Positions 48,685-58,130 of a DNA stretch of 64,000 bases are shown in pieces. Both the position numbers and the translations under genes were made by a program. Each line of letters begins with the position of its first letter. The stretch's first letter is position 1. Origin of the DNA: Acidobacteriota bacterium (GTDB lineage: Bacteria > Acidobacteriota > UBA6911 > JACQSX01). The DNA lies in the NCBI GenBank assembly GCA_036507075.1, contig DASXQR010000192.1, forward strand, positions 1 through 64,000, written 5' to 3'. The notes beneath the pieces are model-generated. The model searched no databases and was not told the origin of the DNA. It worked only from the letters and a program-made list of their open reading frames with translations.

Positions 48685-49696
48685 AGCTGTTTTGGAATAC
48701 GGGAATCTTTTTGAAAAGCTGAAGGCGTTCTACATAAGGCAGCAAACGGCTGATCAGCAAAGGTCCGGCCAAAAAGCTGATGATGGTAAACAGCAGGTTG
48801 GGCCTGGGAATGGTGCAATGCTGGCAGGGTGGGTATTGACTAAGGTCGCCCGAGACGTGCGCTTTACGTATATTCTGCATCTCGGTGGAGTTCCAGAACT
48901 GATCAAAGGAAGATTTCCTCAGGTCACCGAGCGGGGGCTTGCCGGCAAAACGGCAACAGGGCGCAACTGTCCCGTCGTGACGTATAAAAATGGATCCGCG
49001 CCAAAGCAAAAAGCAGGGGAGCCTTTTTCTTTCCTTTCTGGGCCGATAAATGTCGGCGCGTATCGATGAGTACTTCAGTTGGTCTTCCTTGAAGCGAATT
49101 ATGTCCACTCCCCGGCGATTCCACATCTTTTTAAAAAGACTCGTTTCATGTTCGTTATCACGCAACAGGACCATTTGCAGGATCACCTTCATCCGGGCAC
49201 GGCTCTTCAATTTGAACGCCAGAAAAGCTTCAATATTACGTTTGACCCAGTCGAATTTTGCTCCCGCCCGATATTTCTCGTAGGAAGCCGCGGTGGCTCC
49301 ATCGAAAGCCAGGATGAGATTGTCCACTCCACAGTCAAGCAATTTGCGGCTCCGGCTCTCATCCAGCATCGTGGCATTTGTCGAAAGTTCAACTCTCACG
49401 CCTGAATCCCTGGCATATCGCACCATTTCGTAAATATTTTCATTCAGCAGAGGCTCGCCTTCGCCAAAAGGCCAAATGAATTCCAATGTGCGACGGTTCT
49501 GGTCGATGATGGACTTGAAGCGGGAAAGCGGCATATGTCCGAGCGGGAGCGGGTCTTTGTCCCGATTGCACATGGGGCAGGCAAGATTGCACTTGTTGGT
49601 TGACTCAATCGTGAGATGAAGCGGCTTGCTGCGCAAAACGTGTTTTCCCGCCAGATACTCCCACAGCAGCGTCGCTCGGTTTGCCAGGTGATACAT
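48671..49696 (-). CDS. Radical SAM protein with SPASM/twitch domain
   Basis: CNLACPMC, GEPLL, STNA; C-terminal C..DGTVAPCC..CQHC. Confidence 0.92.
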   Translation of the reverse strand: MYHLANRATLLWEYLAGKHVLRSKPLHLTIESTNKCNLACPMCNRDKDPLPLGHMPLSRFKSIIDQNRRTLEFIWPFGEGEPLLNENIYEMVRYARDSGVRVELSTNATMLDESRSRKLLDCGVDNLILAFDGATAASYEKYRAGAKFDWVKRNIEAFLAFKLKSRARMKVILQMVLLRDNEHETSLFKKMWNRRGVDIIRFKEDQLKYSSIRADIYRPRKERKRLPCFLLWRGSIFIRHDGTVAPCCRFAGKPPLGDLRKSSFDQFWNSTEMQNIRKAHVSGDLSQYPPCQHCTIPRPNLLFTIISFLAGPLLISRLLPYVERLQLFKKIPVFQNSYGQR

Positions 49697-50663
49697 CACG
49701 GCCTCCTTGTATGGCTAAGCGCAGTACCTGGAAATACATCTGTTTGTAGCTCTGAATGGCGCGGTCGGAATTGTAAATGCCATAGCGGCGCAAGAGCCGC
49801 GGCCGGAGCCAACCAGGAAAAACGTAGCTGAACAGAATTCGCAGAAGCATTCCAACCGCCATCGAAATCCGTACCATCTGGCAGGCATCGGGCAGATGGA
49901 TTCGGCAGTAACGCAGAACACTGCGGTAGAAATCATGGTAACGGTGTTCAATGATGAAATGGCGGCTGGTCTCTCTGCCTGTATGGATGGCAGCGGCGTC
50001 GGCGCAAAAGATTGTTCTCCACCCGCGCGACGCCAGTCTTCGGTGGAGGTCGACATCTTCCATCCATGCGGGAGCGTAACACTCGTCGTATCCGCCGATC
50101 TCGACAAGCGCATCTCGCCTCGTCAGGACAAAGGCCCCACAGGCGTGTTCCACCACGCAATCCCGGTCATGGGGAAAATCCATCATCCGATAATGCGGTG
50201 TCGCCGGGTTGTTTGGCAAAAGCTTGTGAAGAAGAAGAAGTTCTGTACACAGCGCCCTGTTGGAAGGAAACCTTCTGACGTTGTGGCCGATCTGAAACGT
50301 TCCATCTTCGTTCTGAAACCGAGGAACGGCCACTGCGAACCGGTCGCAGGACAGGAGCTTATTCTCCAGTTCGCAGATACAGTCCGCGCCGGCGATCCAG
50401 TCTCCGTCGACAAATAAGACAAGCGGTTCCCTTGTTTTTGCCAGGCCGAGATTGCGTGCTTGCGCGAAGTTGATTTTTTGATCGCGCGACAGAATCGGGA
50501 CGCCCGGATACTCGCGGGCAACAATCTCAACGGTATCATCTTCAGATCCGCAGTCGCACAAAACGACCTCGCGAATGCCCGCAGTTCGCAGGCTGTCCAG
50601 GCATCGACAAACCGACAAGGAATTGTTCCAAGCCGTCACGACGGCTGAAATTCCGACTTGCAT
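49605..50663 (-). CDS. Glycosyltransferase family 2
   Basis: DCGSEDDT, NFAQARN, DGD, GGYDE, EDVD. Confidence 0.9.
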   Translation of the reverse strand: MQVGISAVVTAWNNSLSVCRCLDSLRTAGIREVVLCDCGSEDDTVEIVAREYPGVPILSRDQKINFAQARNLGLAKTREPLVLFVDGDWIAGADCICELENKLLSCDRFAVAVPRFQNEDGTFQIGHNVRRFPSNRALCTELLLLHKLLPNNPATPHYRMMDFPHDRDCVVEHACGAFVLTRRDALVEIGGYDECYAPAWMEDVDLHRRLASRGWRTIFCADAAAIHTGRETSRHFIIEHRYHDFYRSVLRYCRIHLPDACQMVRISMAVGMLLRILFSYVFPGWLRPRLLRRYGIYNSDRAIQSYKQMYFQVLRLAIQGGRDVSPGKPSDAAVGVSGGKTRFAQQAASSHD

Positions 50664-50696
50664 GGCAGTTAGGATGCCTTCATTCTAAGAACCACT

Positions 50697-52412
50697 ATGG
50701 AAAAACGCAACCGGTGGTCCTGCGTTGTTTCCCTGCTTATCTTCAGCGTCGTCGTTCAAATACCGTTTCTGCAAAAGGCATTTCACATAGATGACAACAT
50801 ATATCTGATGGTCGCGGAAAATCTTTACACCCATTCCTGGTTTCCTCAGGATCTTCATACCTATTTTGAAGGGCTGCGGGTCGAAAGTTTCATTTCTCAC
50901 GAGCACCCCTTGCTTTTGTCCAGTGTTCTGCTGGCTCCAGCGACGGCAGTGAGTGTTCGGCCCGAGTTGACGGCGCACGTTACGTATTTGATCTTCTTTT
51001 TGCTGTTGGTTCTGTCCATCTTTCTGTTGTGTGAAAGTTCAGAGATTGGTTGGATGGCTGCCGCGCTTACTGCCGTTTCTCCGGTCGTTTTCGTGTCGAG
51101 CCATTCGTTAATGTCCGACCTGCCCTATGTGGCGTTGGTTTACGTTGCTCTGGTTCTGGTTGTGGTCTCGAACCGCGGTTTCCCGGGCAGTACCCGCTCA
51201 TGGATGCTTCTTTGTGCCGGTTTAAGCTGCGCGGCGGCAGCGATGTTCGCTTACCAGGCTGTCTTCTTTGTGCCAGTCGTCTACTGGGCTGCCTGTGGAG
51301 GACTGGCGCATAACGTACGTATCCGGCTGCGTTTTGCGGCGTTTTGGACGCGATATGTCGCGTCCAAATCCGATGCGGCGCGCCGCGTCTCTACGCCGGA
51401 AAATGTACAAACTCGAAAGGCGCGTGTCGCGTCTGAGCCCCGACCCGACATGACGCGTCGAGATCATCGGGCGGGCCAAATTTGGATTTGGGCTCTGCCA
51501 CTCACCATTCTGTTTGCCTACGCGGCTATCAATTCAGTCTACTTTGGACGGTTTATTTGGTGGGACCTGTTTGTCTTCTGGCATCAGCAACCGGTCTCTG
51601 CCGGCGGGCTATGGGCAAAATTGACATACTCGTTGCTGACCTTGCTGGGAGCAATCACCTTTCCTCTAGCCTGGGTCGTTCTACTGTCCAGGAAAACAGT
51701 CGAAAGTGGACCGCCAGCGCCGCCTGATCGCACTAACGCACTTTTAATAGCCTTGGTAGTGGTGACTTTTTTCATGATCCTCTTTGTGTATCACATAGGT
51801 ACGGCGCGTTATTTGCTTCCAGCCGCTCCCGCCATTTGTATCTTTATGGTTTCTCGTATGCGAGCCGTCGTCCGACATCTTGCGCGGCGAATTGCCTGGT
51901 TTGCTGCACTATTTGGGTTGACGGCGGGTGTGTCATTTTCTTTGGCGAGCGCGGATTCTGAATGGGCCGCCTTTTACCGGGATGCAGCATCAGTGGTCTC
52001 AGAATACCAGCATCAGGGAACCAAGGTCTGGATCGCGGGCGAATGGGGTTTTCGATGGTACTTTCGCCGTGAAGGCGGCATAGTTCTTGGTCGCGCAGAC
52101 AATCGCCCCCTTCGCGGTGACATCCTGATCCGGCCGAAGCTGGCCAGTCCGTACCTGACCGCCTACGATCGTTTCCCGAACGCTTTGGAATTGGAAAAAG
52201 TCATCCAATACCGTCCATCCCTACCGGTTAGATTGCTCGATTTTGATTCCCATGCCGGCTTTTACAGCTCTGGTTGGGGGCTGCTTCCCTATTCTGTCAA
52301 TCTTTCGGATAAGGCGCTGGAAGAAATACTGATCTACCGTGTCAAAAAACCCGTGCCGGCTCCGGCGCGAGAGCCGACGTATTGGGATTGGAACAAGCCC
52401 AACAGCGAATGA
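50697..52412 (+). CDS. GT-C fold membrane glycosyltransferase (ArnT/PMT-like) with an in-frame repeat insertion
   Basis: FHIDD, HP, LMSD, ARYLLP motifs, many TM helices. Confidence 0.8.
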   Translation: MEKRNRWSCVVSLLIFSVVVQIPFLQKAFHIDDNIYLMVAENLYTHSWFPQDLHTYFEGLRVESFISHEHPLLLSSVLLAPATAVSVRPELTAHVTYLIFFLLLVLSIFLLCESSEIGWMAAALTAVSPVVFVSSHSLMSDLPYVALVYVALVLVVVSNRGFPGSTRSWMLLCAGLSCAAAAMFAYQAVFFVPVVYWAACGGLAHNVRIRLRFAAFWTRYVASKSDAARRVSTPENVQTRKARVASEPRPDMTRRDHRAGQIWIWALPLTILFAYAAINSVYFGRFIWWDLFVFWHQQPVSAGGLWAKLTYSLLTLLGAITFPLAWVVLLSRKTVESGPPAPPDRTNALLIALVVVTFFMILFVYHIGTARYLLPAAPAICIFMVSRMRAVVRHLARRIAWFAALFGLTAGVSFSLASADSEWAAFYRDAASVVSEYQHQGTKVWIAGEWGFRWYFRREGGIVLGRADNRPLRGDILIRPKLASPYLTAYDRFPNALELEKVIQYRPSLPVRLLDFDSHAGFYSSGWGLLPYSVNLSDKALEEILIYRVKKPVPAPAREPTYWDWNKPNSE

Positions 52413-52429
52413 AGCACGAATGTAGAAAC

Positions 52430-52942
52430 CTACAGGTACCGCTCTTCAAGGATAGCGGTGTGGTGTACGACGTGGCCGGCAAGGATGTAGGCCAGCGCTC
52501 GAATGGTGAAGGAGTTCCCGCTGGCGATACCGCTTCGCATCCAGGCCTCGGACGGGAGGTTCCGGAAAAAGGACAGAGTAGCCAACCGGACTCTCCGGAA
52601 CTCCTCGACATGGCTGGCCCATGAAAACTCGTCGGCTGCCGCGGCGCGGACGGAAACCTCTTGATCGTAGCTTGGCAAGGGGCTGTCAAAACCGCGCGCA
52701 AACCAGAGTGCGCGGAAAAGGAAAACGCGCTCGCAGTCGTTGAGGTGATTCAGCACCTGACGGATGGACCACTTTTCCGGCGCGTAGCGGTGCAGAGACT
52801 TCTCCTCGGAGATGCCGGCCAGGAATGAAAGCGTTTCTTCCAACTGAGTCTCCAACCGGCCGACGATGTCGTCGCTGGAGATCCTCTCGATATAGCGGAA
52901 GTAGTAGGGCGCGGCTTCGTTGCTTTCAGGACGTCCGATCAT
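52430..52942 (-). CDS. DinB family protein
   Basis: YAPEKWSIRQVLNHL.DCER, GHVVHH. Confidence 0.92.
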   Translation of the reverse strand: MIGRPESNEAAPYYFRYIERISSDDIVGRLETQLEETLSFLAGISEEKSLHRYAPEKWSIRQVLNHLNDCERVFLFRALWFARGFDSPLPSYDQEVSVRAAAADEFSWASHVEEFRRVRLATLSFFRNLPSEAWMRSGIASGNSFTIRALAYILAGHVVHHTAILEERYL

Positions 52943-53087
52943 GGGATTATGCTAGTACTTAATTCCAAAATCCGACTAATGATTTTTTCACCACAAAGGC
53001 ACAAAGGACACAAAGTCAGAAGGCGGAGATCAAAATCACCAAACGTCTGCTGTCACCCTGCTAATCTGTCGAACAAAGGAGCAACAA

Positions 53088-53462
53088 ATGAGAGGTATCG
53101 GAGGAATTGTCGGATTGCTGATTGTCCTGGGGATTGGATACTTTGTTTACAGAACCCAGTTGACACAAGGAACAGGGACCCAAGCCACACCGAAAACACA
53201 GATTGACCTGATCAGGGTCAGAAGCGAGTTATTGAGCCTGGCTCAATCAGAGAGGCTTTACCTGGCTCGCAACGGCAATTACGCAACTCTGGACCAGCTA
53301 CAGCAGGCAAGCTCTGCAATCTCCGGCAGCAGGGGTTACACCTACAACATCGAAGTGGACGACGGCCAGCATTTCAAAATTACAGCCACTCCTTCCGATC
53401 CGATGAACCGAAACTTGCCCACGTTCTCAATCGACGAAACAATGCAGATTTTGGAGAAGTGA
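53088..53462 (+). CDS. Small membrane-anchored pilin-like protein
   Basis: AAGGAG RBS, N-terminal TM helix, ERLYLARNGNYA..GYTY..FKITATP..FSIDE. Confidence 0.7.
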   Translation: MRGIGGIVGLLIVLGIGYFVYRTQLTQGTGTQATPKTQIDLIRVRSELLSLAQSERLYLARNGNYATLDQLQQASSAISGSRGYTYNIEVDDGQHFKITATPSDPMNRNLPTFSIDETMQILEK

Positions 53463-53475
53463 ATCTGCAGTGTGG

Positions 53476-53691
53476 CTATGGTGCCCCGGCGTTTGCGGCC
53501 GGCAAGCCGTGTTTGGCCAGAAAGTCTCGAATGGCGGCATAAATTTTCAGTGTCTGTTCGCGCGTGAAGCCGCCGTGTTTTCCTCCGGGAATTGTGAAAA
53601 GCTGGTTGGGGACTGCGGCCTTGTCGAGCGCTTCGTGCAGGCGAACTGCATGCGTGTACGGCACGGTGGGATCGGCATCACCATGGATGGT
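53476..53691 (-). pseudogene. 3' remnant of an alpha/beta hydrolase (esterase)
   Basis: TIHGDADPTVPY..IPGGKHGGF; in-frame TGA two codons upstream, inside a 9-mer repeat end; no GxSxG half. Confidence 0.85.
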
Positions 53692-53881
53692 GTTTCACCA
53701 CGAAGGCACAAAGGGCACAAAGTATTTACCTTTTCGAACCGCAGAATTCTATAATAGACCTCAAATCGCTTTCTATTTCCTAAAGCCACGAATTCTGTTC
53801 AGTGCTGCACGCAAGAAAGAGTGGAAGGCCACCCGCCAGGAAGGCTTTGTCTAAACGAAATTTGAAGTACAGGAGGTAACT

Positions 53882-55162
53882 ATGAGTTCAAAATCCGCAC
53901 AAGATCGCGATGACCGCGACTTGGCACGGCCGGGCGGCATCCGCTCGCGATCGGAACTGACGGCCTTAAAGATGCTGATTTTGGTTTTCGTGGCAATTTC
54001 GGTATTGCTACCCGTCACCGTTCATACACAGTCATTCAAGGAAGCGCCGGCCGGTTTCGACGGCCGGTCCAACGGCTTTGTCAGTCTTCCTCAGTTCAAA
54101 AGAGACCAGGGGATCTTTGAACAGCGTGAAGAGGTGGAGGATGGGCTTGGCCCGGTTTACAACGCACAGTCCTGCGCAGAGTGTCATCAGAGCCCGCAAA
54201 CCGGAGGCAGTAGTCAAGTCACGGAATTGCGCGCCGGCCATTACAACCGCGAGACTTTCATCGAGCATCCCGGCGGATCGCTGATCCATGATCGCGCCAT
54301 TAACCCGTCGGTTCAGGAAAGACTGATGGCAGGCTATGAAGTGCTGGCTGTTCGCGCATCAGTCAGTACGCTGGGCGATGGATTTGTCGAGTGCATCGAC
54401 GACAGTTTGTTGATCGCTATCTCCAAAATTCAACCGCCGAATATGCGGGGTCAGGTTATTCAAGTCCCGGTGCTGGAAGCGGACGGTGCCCTGCGCGTGG
54501 GTCGGTTCGGCTGGAAAAACCAGCACGCCAGCCTGCTTTCCTTTTCAGCCGATGCCTACTTAAATGAAATGGGCATCACCAGCGAGCTCAAGCCAGAGGA
54601 AAACGGACCACTCGGCCAGCTCGTAGGGCTATTTGATCGGGTGCCTGATCCTGAGGATGATGACGGGGACACGGAAACCTTTGCTCGCTTCATGCGTGCG
54701 ACAAAGGTCCCTCCCCGGGGACCGGGAGCGGAATCGAGTCTGATCCCCATCCCCGAGGTGGTGCTGGGATCCGCCTTGTTTGACGGACTTCAGTGTGGCA
54801 CCTGCCATGTCCGGACACTGTTTACCGCTCCGGCAGGAACTGTGATCAATGGCGGGACCTTCACGGTTCCCGAGGCATTGGGAAGCAAGATTATTCATCC
54901 TTACAGCGATTTCCTGCTGCATGACGTCGGAACCGGCGACGGAATTGTGCAAAACGGCGGCTATTCCACGCGAAACAAAACGCGCACCGCGCCTTTGTGG
55001 GGTTTGCGGGCTCGCAACCGCTTCATGCATGACGCCGCGTCCTACTCGTTGATCGCCGCCATCCGCCGCCACAAAGGAGAAGCCACCGATGTGACGCGCA
55101 ACTTCGAACGGCTGCGCGACGCCCAGAAAAACCAACTCGTGGCATTCTTGCTGTCGTTGTAG
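53882..55162 (+). CDS. Di-heme oxidoreductase (DHOR) family protein
   Basis: DGLGPVYNA.SCAECH, GRFGWK, CGTCH, YSDFLLHD, RTAPLWG; AGGAGG RBS. Confidence 0.88.
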   Translation: MSSKSAQDRDDRDLARPGGIRSRSELTALKMLILVFVAISVLLPVTVHTQSFKEAPAGFDGRSNGFVSLPQFKRDQGIFEQREEVEDGLGPVYNAQSCAECHQSPQTGGSSQVTELRAGHYNRETFIEHPGGSLIHDRAINPSVQERLMAGYEVLAVRASVSTLGDGFVECIDDSLLIAISKIQPPNMRGQVIQVPVLEADGALRVGRFGWKNQHASLLSFSADAYLNEMGITSELKPEENGPLGQLVGLFDRVPDPEDDDGDTETFARFMRATKVPPRGPGAESSLIPIPEVVLGSALFDGLQCGTCHVRTLFTAPAGTVINGGTFTVPEALGSKIIHPYSDFLLHDVGTGDGIVQNGGYSTRNKTRTAPLWGLRARNRFMHDAASYSLIAAIRRHKGEATDVTRNFERLRDAQKNQLVAFLLSL

Positions 55163-55192
55163 GTGCAGCCTGTAGATCACTACCTCCCGCAC

Positions 55193-56227
55193 TTACTGTT
55201 TGGGAGTCGGTTGTTTCTGTTCTTCTCCGGCGGCGGCGACCGGGGTTAGCCAGGCGGGATACCAGCGGAAGACATTGCCCGTCAGGCTGGCAACGAAGAT
55301 TTCGCCGCTGGGGGTGACGGTGATTTTGTGACCGGGGCACTCCATGGCGCCCAGGATCCGGCCGCTCTCCAGATCAATCTTCATCAGCCGGCCTGCCAGC
55401 GTGTCGTAGGTGATGTTTTCGACATTGTTGCGGTGCGTGACCACCCACATTTCATCGCCGGGGGTAATGAACAGGTCCTGCGTGGCGCCCAAGTGCGTCC
55501 ACTGCTTCAGAAATTCCCCTTTCGGGCTGAAGATTTGAATTCGATTGTTTTCCCGGTCGCTGACGTAAACGCGCCCCTTGGAATCAAGTCCCACCGAATG
55601 CACGGTATGGAATTCGCCGGGGCCGGTTCCGCGCTTTCCCCAGGAAAGCAGGTACTTCCCTTCCCTGTTGAATTTCACCACGCGTGAATTGCCGTAACCG
55701 TCCGAGATGTAGAAGTCGCCATTGGCCGCAAATGCGATGTCAGTCGGTTTGTCGAATGTCTTGTCGTCGGTTCCAGTCTGGCCCTTGATGCCCCAGGTCT
55801 GCAGCAGCTTCCCTTCCCGCGTGAATCTGTAAACCTGATGGTTTCCGTTATCGATGGCCCAGATGTTGTCGTATTTGTCTGCCCGCAGACCGTGAGGATT
55901 GCCGAAGAAACCGCGACCCCAGGAGCGAAGGTAGTTGCCCTTGGGATCAAAAACGACCACCGAATCAGCCTTCTTGCCGCGATGAAAGACATAGACGTCG
56001 CCCTTGGAATCGGTTGTCACTGCCGAAACGCGGCCGAACTTCCAGCCATCGGGCATCGTGTCCGGTTCTTCGCCAAAGCGTATGGCGACGCGATACTTCA
56101 ACAGGCCGCCCTCATGCGGGTACCAGCCATCGGGTACATAGCCTTGCTCGGGGGCTTTTGATTTTTGGGGCTGGGCGAAGCCAAAAATGGAGAAAAGGAT
56201 GATTGTGAAGATGGCTAGTCTTTTCAT
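55193..56227 (-). CDS. NHL-repeat beta-propeller, PAL (peptidyl-alpha-hydroxyglycine lyase)-like
   Basis: VFHRG, PHG, KPTDIA, DGYGNSRV, DRENNRIQ. Confidence 0.88.
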   Translation of the reverse strand: MKRLAIFTIILFSIFGFAQPQKSKAPEQGYVPDGWYPHEGGLLKYRVAIRFGEEPDTMPDGWKFGRVSAVTTDSKGDVYVFHRGKKADSVVVFDPKGNYLRSWGRGFFGNPHGLRADKYDNIWAIDNGNHQVYRFTREGKLLQTWGIKGQTGTDDKTFDKPTDIAFAANGDFYISDGYGNSRVVKFNREGKYLLSWGKRGTGPGEFHTVHSVGLDSKGRVYVSDRENNRIQIFSPKGEFLKQWTHLGATQDLFITPGDEMWVVTHRNNVENITYDTLAGRLMKIDLESGRILGAMECPGHKITVTPSGEIFVASLTGNVFRWYPAWLTPVAAAGEEQKQPTPKQ

Positions 56228-56247
56228 GTGAGATCTCCTGGCAAAAG

Positions 56248-56412
56248 CTTTTCACCACAAAGGCACAAAGGCACAAAGGCACAAAGTAAGACGTGAGGCG
56301 GGCGGAGACTGGTCAGCTGTTCGGCCGTGAAGTAACAGGCGATTAAAGCTGACCGGTCTCCGCCCGCCTCACGTCTTCCCTTTGTGTCCTTCGTATCTTT
56401 GTGGTGAAAAGC
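56248..56412. repeat. Palindromic element, 27-bp-arm family, copy 3
   Basis: Arms 56289-56315 / 56350-56376 (1 mismatch) inside 9-mer ends. Confidence 0.9.
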
Positions 56413-56431
56413 TTTTACTCGAACACACGAG

Positions 56432-57931
56432 TCAAGAATTGCTCGCGCCCGCAATTTGTGGAATCAGCTCGCCGTGGACATCGGTGAGTCTCATGTGCCG
56501 GCCGTTGAAGTAATAGGTCACCCGCTTGTGATCCAGCCCCAGTAAATGCAGCAGCGTGGCATGAAGGTCGTGGCAGGTGACGATCTGCTGCTCGGCCTTG
56601 TAACCAAATTCGTCGGTGGCGCCGATCCTCTGGCCGCCCTTAATTCCCGCGCCCGTCATGAACACGGTCATCGCGCCCGGGTTGTGATCGCGGCCGATTC
56701 CGCGCTGGGAAATCGGCATGCGGCCGAATTCGGAATGCCACATCACCAGCGTCTCGTCCAGCAGACCGCGGCGCTTCAGGTCCTTGATCAGACCCGCAAT
56801 CGGCTTGTCCACTTCGGCGGCGTGCATCCCATGGTTGTCGGTAATGCTGGCGTGCGCATCCCATGTGTCCACGTTCTGATTTACGATCGAACCGCTGTAA
56901 AGCTGAATGAATCGCACGCCCCGTTCGACCATGCGACGCGCCAGCAGGCATTGCTTTCCGAACGCCTCGGTAACCGGATGATCCAGGCCATAGAGCCGCC
57001 TTGTCTCTTCACTCTCTCCGGAAATGTCCACCGCTTCGGGCGCGCACATTTGCATCCGATAGGCCAGCTCGTAAGAAGAAATCCGGGCCGCAAGCTCGCT
57101 GCTTCCGGGATGCTTGTCCGCGTGCTTCTGGTTGATCCAGTTCAGTTGGTCAAGCCGCGCCCGTTCCTGCTCGGGCGTGACATATTGGGAGGGTGGGGTC
57201 AGGTCCAGGATCGGGTCGCCGGCGGAGCGGAAAACCGTTCCCTGAAAGGATGCCGGCAGAAAACCGGAGCTCCAATTCGCCGGTCCCGAAAACGGTCCGC
57301 CGCGCGCGTCGTACAGGACGACGAACCCGGGCAGGTTCTGATTCTCGCTGCCCAAGCCGTAGGTCACCCACGAGCCGACGCTGGGATATCCCATCAATAT
57401 AGAACCGGTGTTCCATTCATAATGCGACAAGACGTGGTCGTTCGACTTGCCCTGGCAGGAATGGATAAAGGCCAGCTCATCCACGATCGATCCGACATGC
57501 GGAAAAAGATCCGACACCCAGAGGCCGGACTGCCCGTACTGCTTGAAGGTGTAAGGACTCTTCATCAGCGGTCCTGGAAACCCCTGCCGAACGCGGATTT
57601 CGCCCTGACCCTCCAGGGGCATGCCGTGGTACTTCACCAACGCCGGTTTGTAGTCGAACGTGTCGATGTGGCTCACGCCGCCGCTCATAAACAGAGAGAT
57701 GACCGATTTGGCGCGCGGCTTGAAATGAGGCGGTTTGGGCAAATAGGGGGAACCGGGGAATCCTTCGGAGCTTGCGCAGGTCGGAGCCGAAGGCGGGGCA
57801 GCCAGAAGCCCGTCCTGGTTTAGCAGGTAAAGAAAGGCCAGCCCGCTGATTCCCGATCCGGCCTCGAACAGAAAGTCCCGCCGGGTGACAAAACGGCGTT
57901 TGCTCATTCTGCAATCACATAAGCCGGACAT
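56432..57931 (-). CDS. DUF1501 protein with Tat-like signal
   Basis: TRRDFL, GGVSHIDTFD.KP, ARRMVERGVRF, WDAH, EFGR, GRDH. Confidence 0.92.
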   Translation of the reverse strand: MSGLCDCRMSKRRFVTRRDFLFEAGSGISGLAFLYLLNQDGLLAAPPSAPTCASSEGFPGSPYLPKPPHFKPRAKSVISLFMSGGVSHIDTFDYKPALVKYHGMPLEGQGEIRVRQGFPGPLMKSPYTFKQYGQSGLWVSDLFPHVGSIVDELAFIHSCQGKSNDHVLSHYEWNTGSILMGYPSVGSWVTYGLGSENQNLPGFVVLYDARGGPFSGPANWSSGFLPASFQGTVFRSAGDPILDLTPPSQYVTPEQERARLDQLNWINQKHADKHPGSSELAARISSYELAYRMQMCAPEAVDISGESEETRRLYGLDHPVTEAFGKQCLLARRMVERGVRFIQLYSGSIVNQNVDTWDAHASITDNHGMHAAEVDKPIAGLIKDLKRRGLLDETLVMWHSEFGRMPISQRGIGRDHNPGAMTVFMTGAGIKGGQRIGATDEFGYKAEQQIVTCHDLHATLLHLLGLDHKRVTYYFNGRHMRLTDVHGELIPQIAGASNS

Positions 57932-57988
57932 GCGTGGTTTCTCCTTAGAAATCCTTTATTGAAAATTTCTGCCAGACGGTCGATCGCA

Positions 57989-58078
57989 TTCACCGCAGGG
58001 CCGCAAAGCACACAGAGGACTCACAGAGACGGAACATTCTGCGAAAACTCGGCGCACTCTGCGCCTCTGCGGTGAATA
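57989..58078. repeat. 9-mer-ended palindromic element
   Basis: ATTCACCGCAG.. facing ..CTCTGCGCCTCTGCGGTGAAT. Confidence 0.75.
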
Positions 58079-58130
58079 CGATTGAAGTCCAGCAGGGATC
58101 CCGGTTTCGCCGCCACCGGCAACCATCCCC

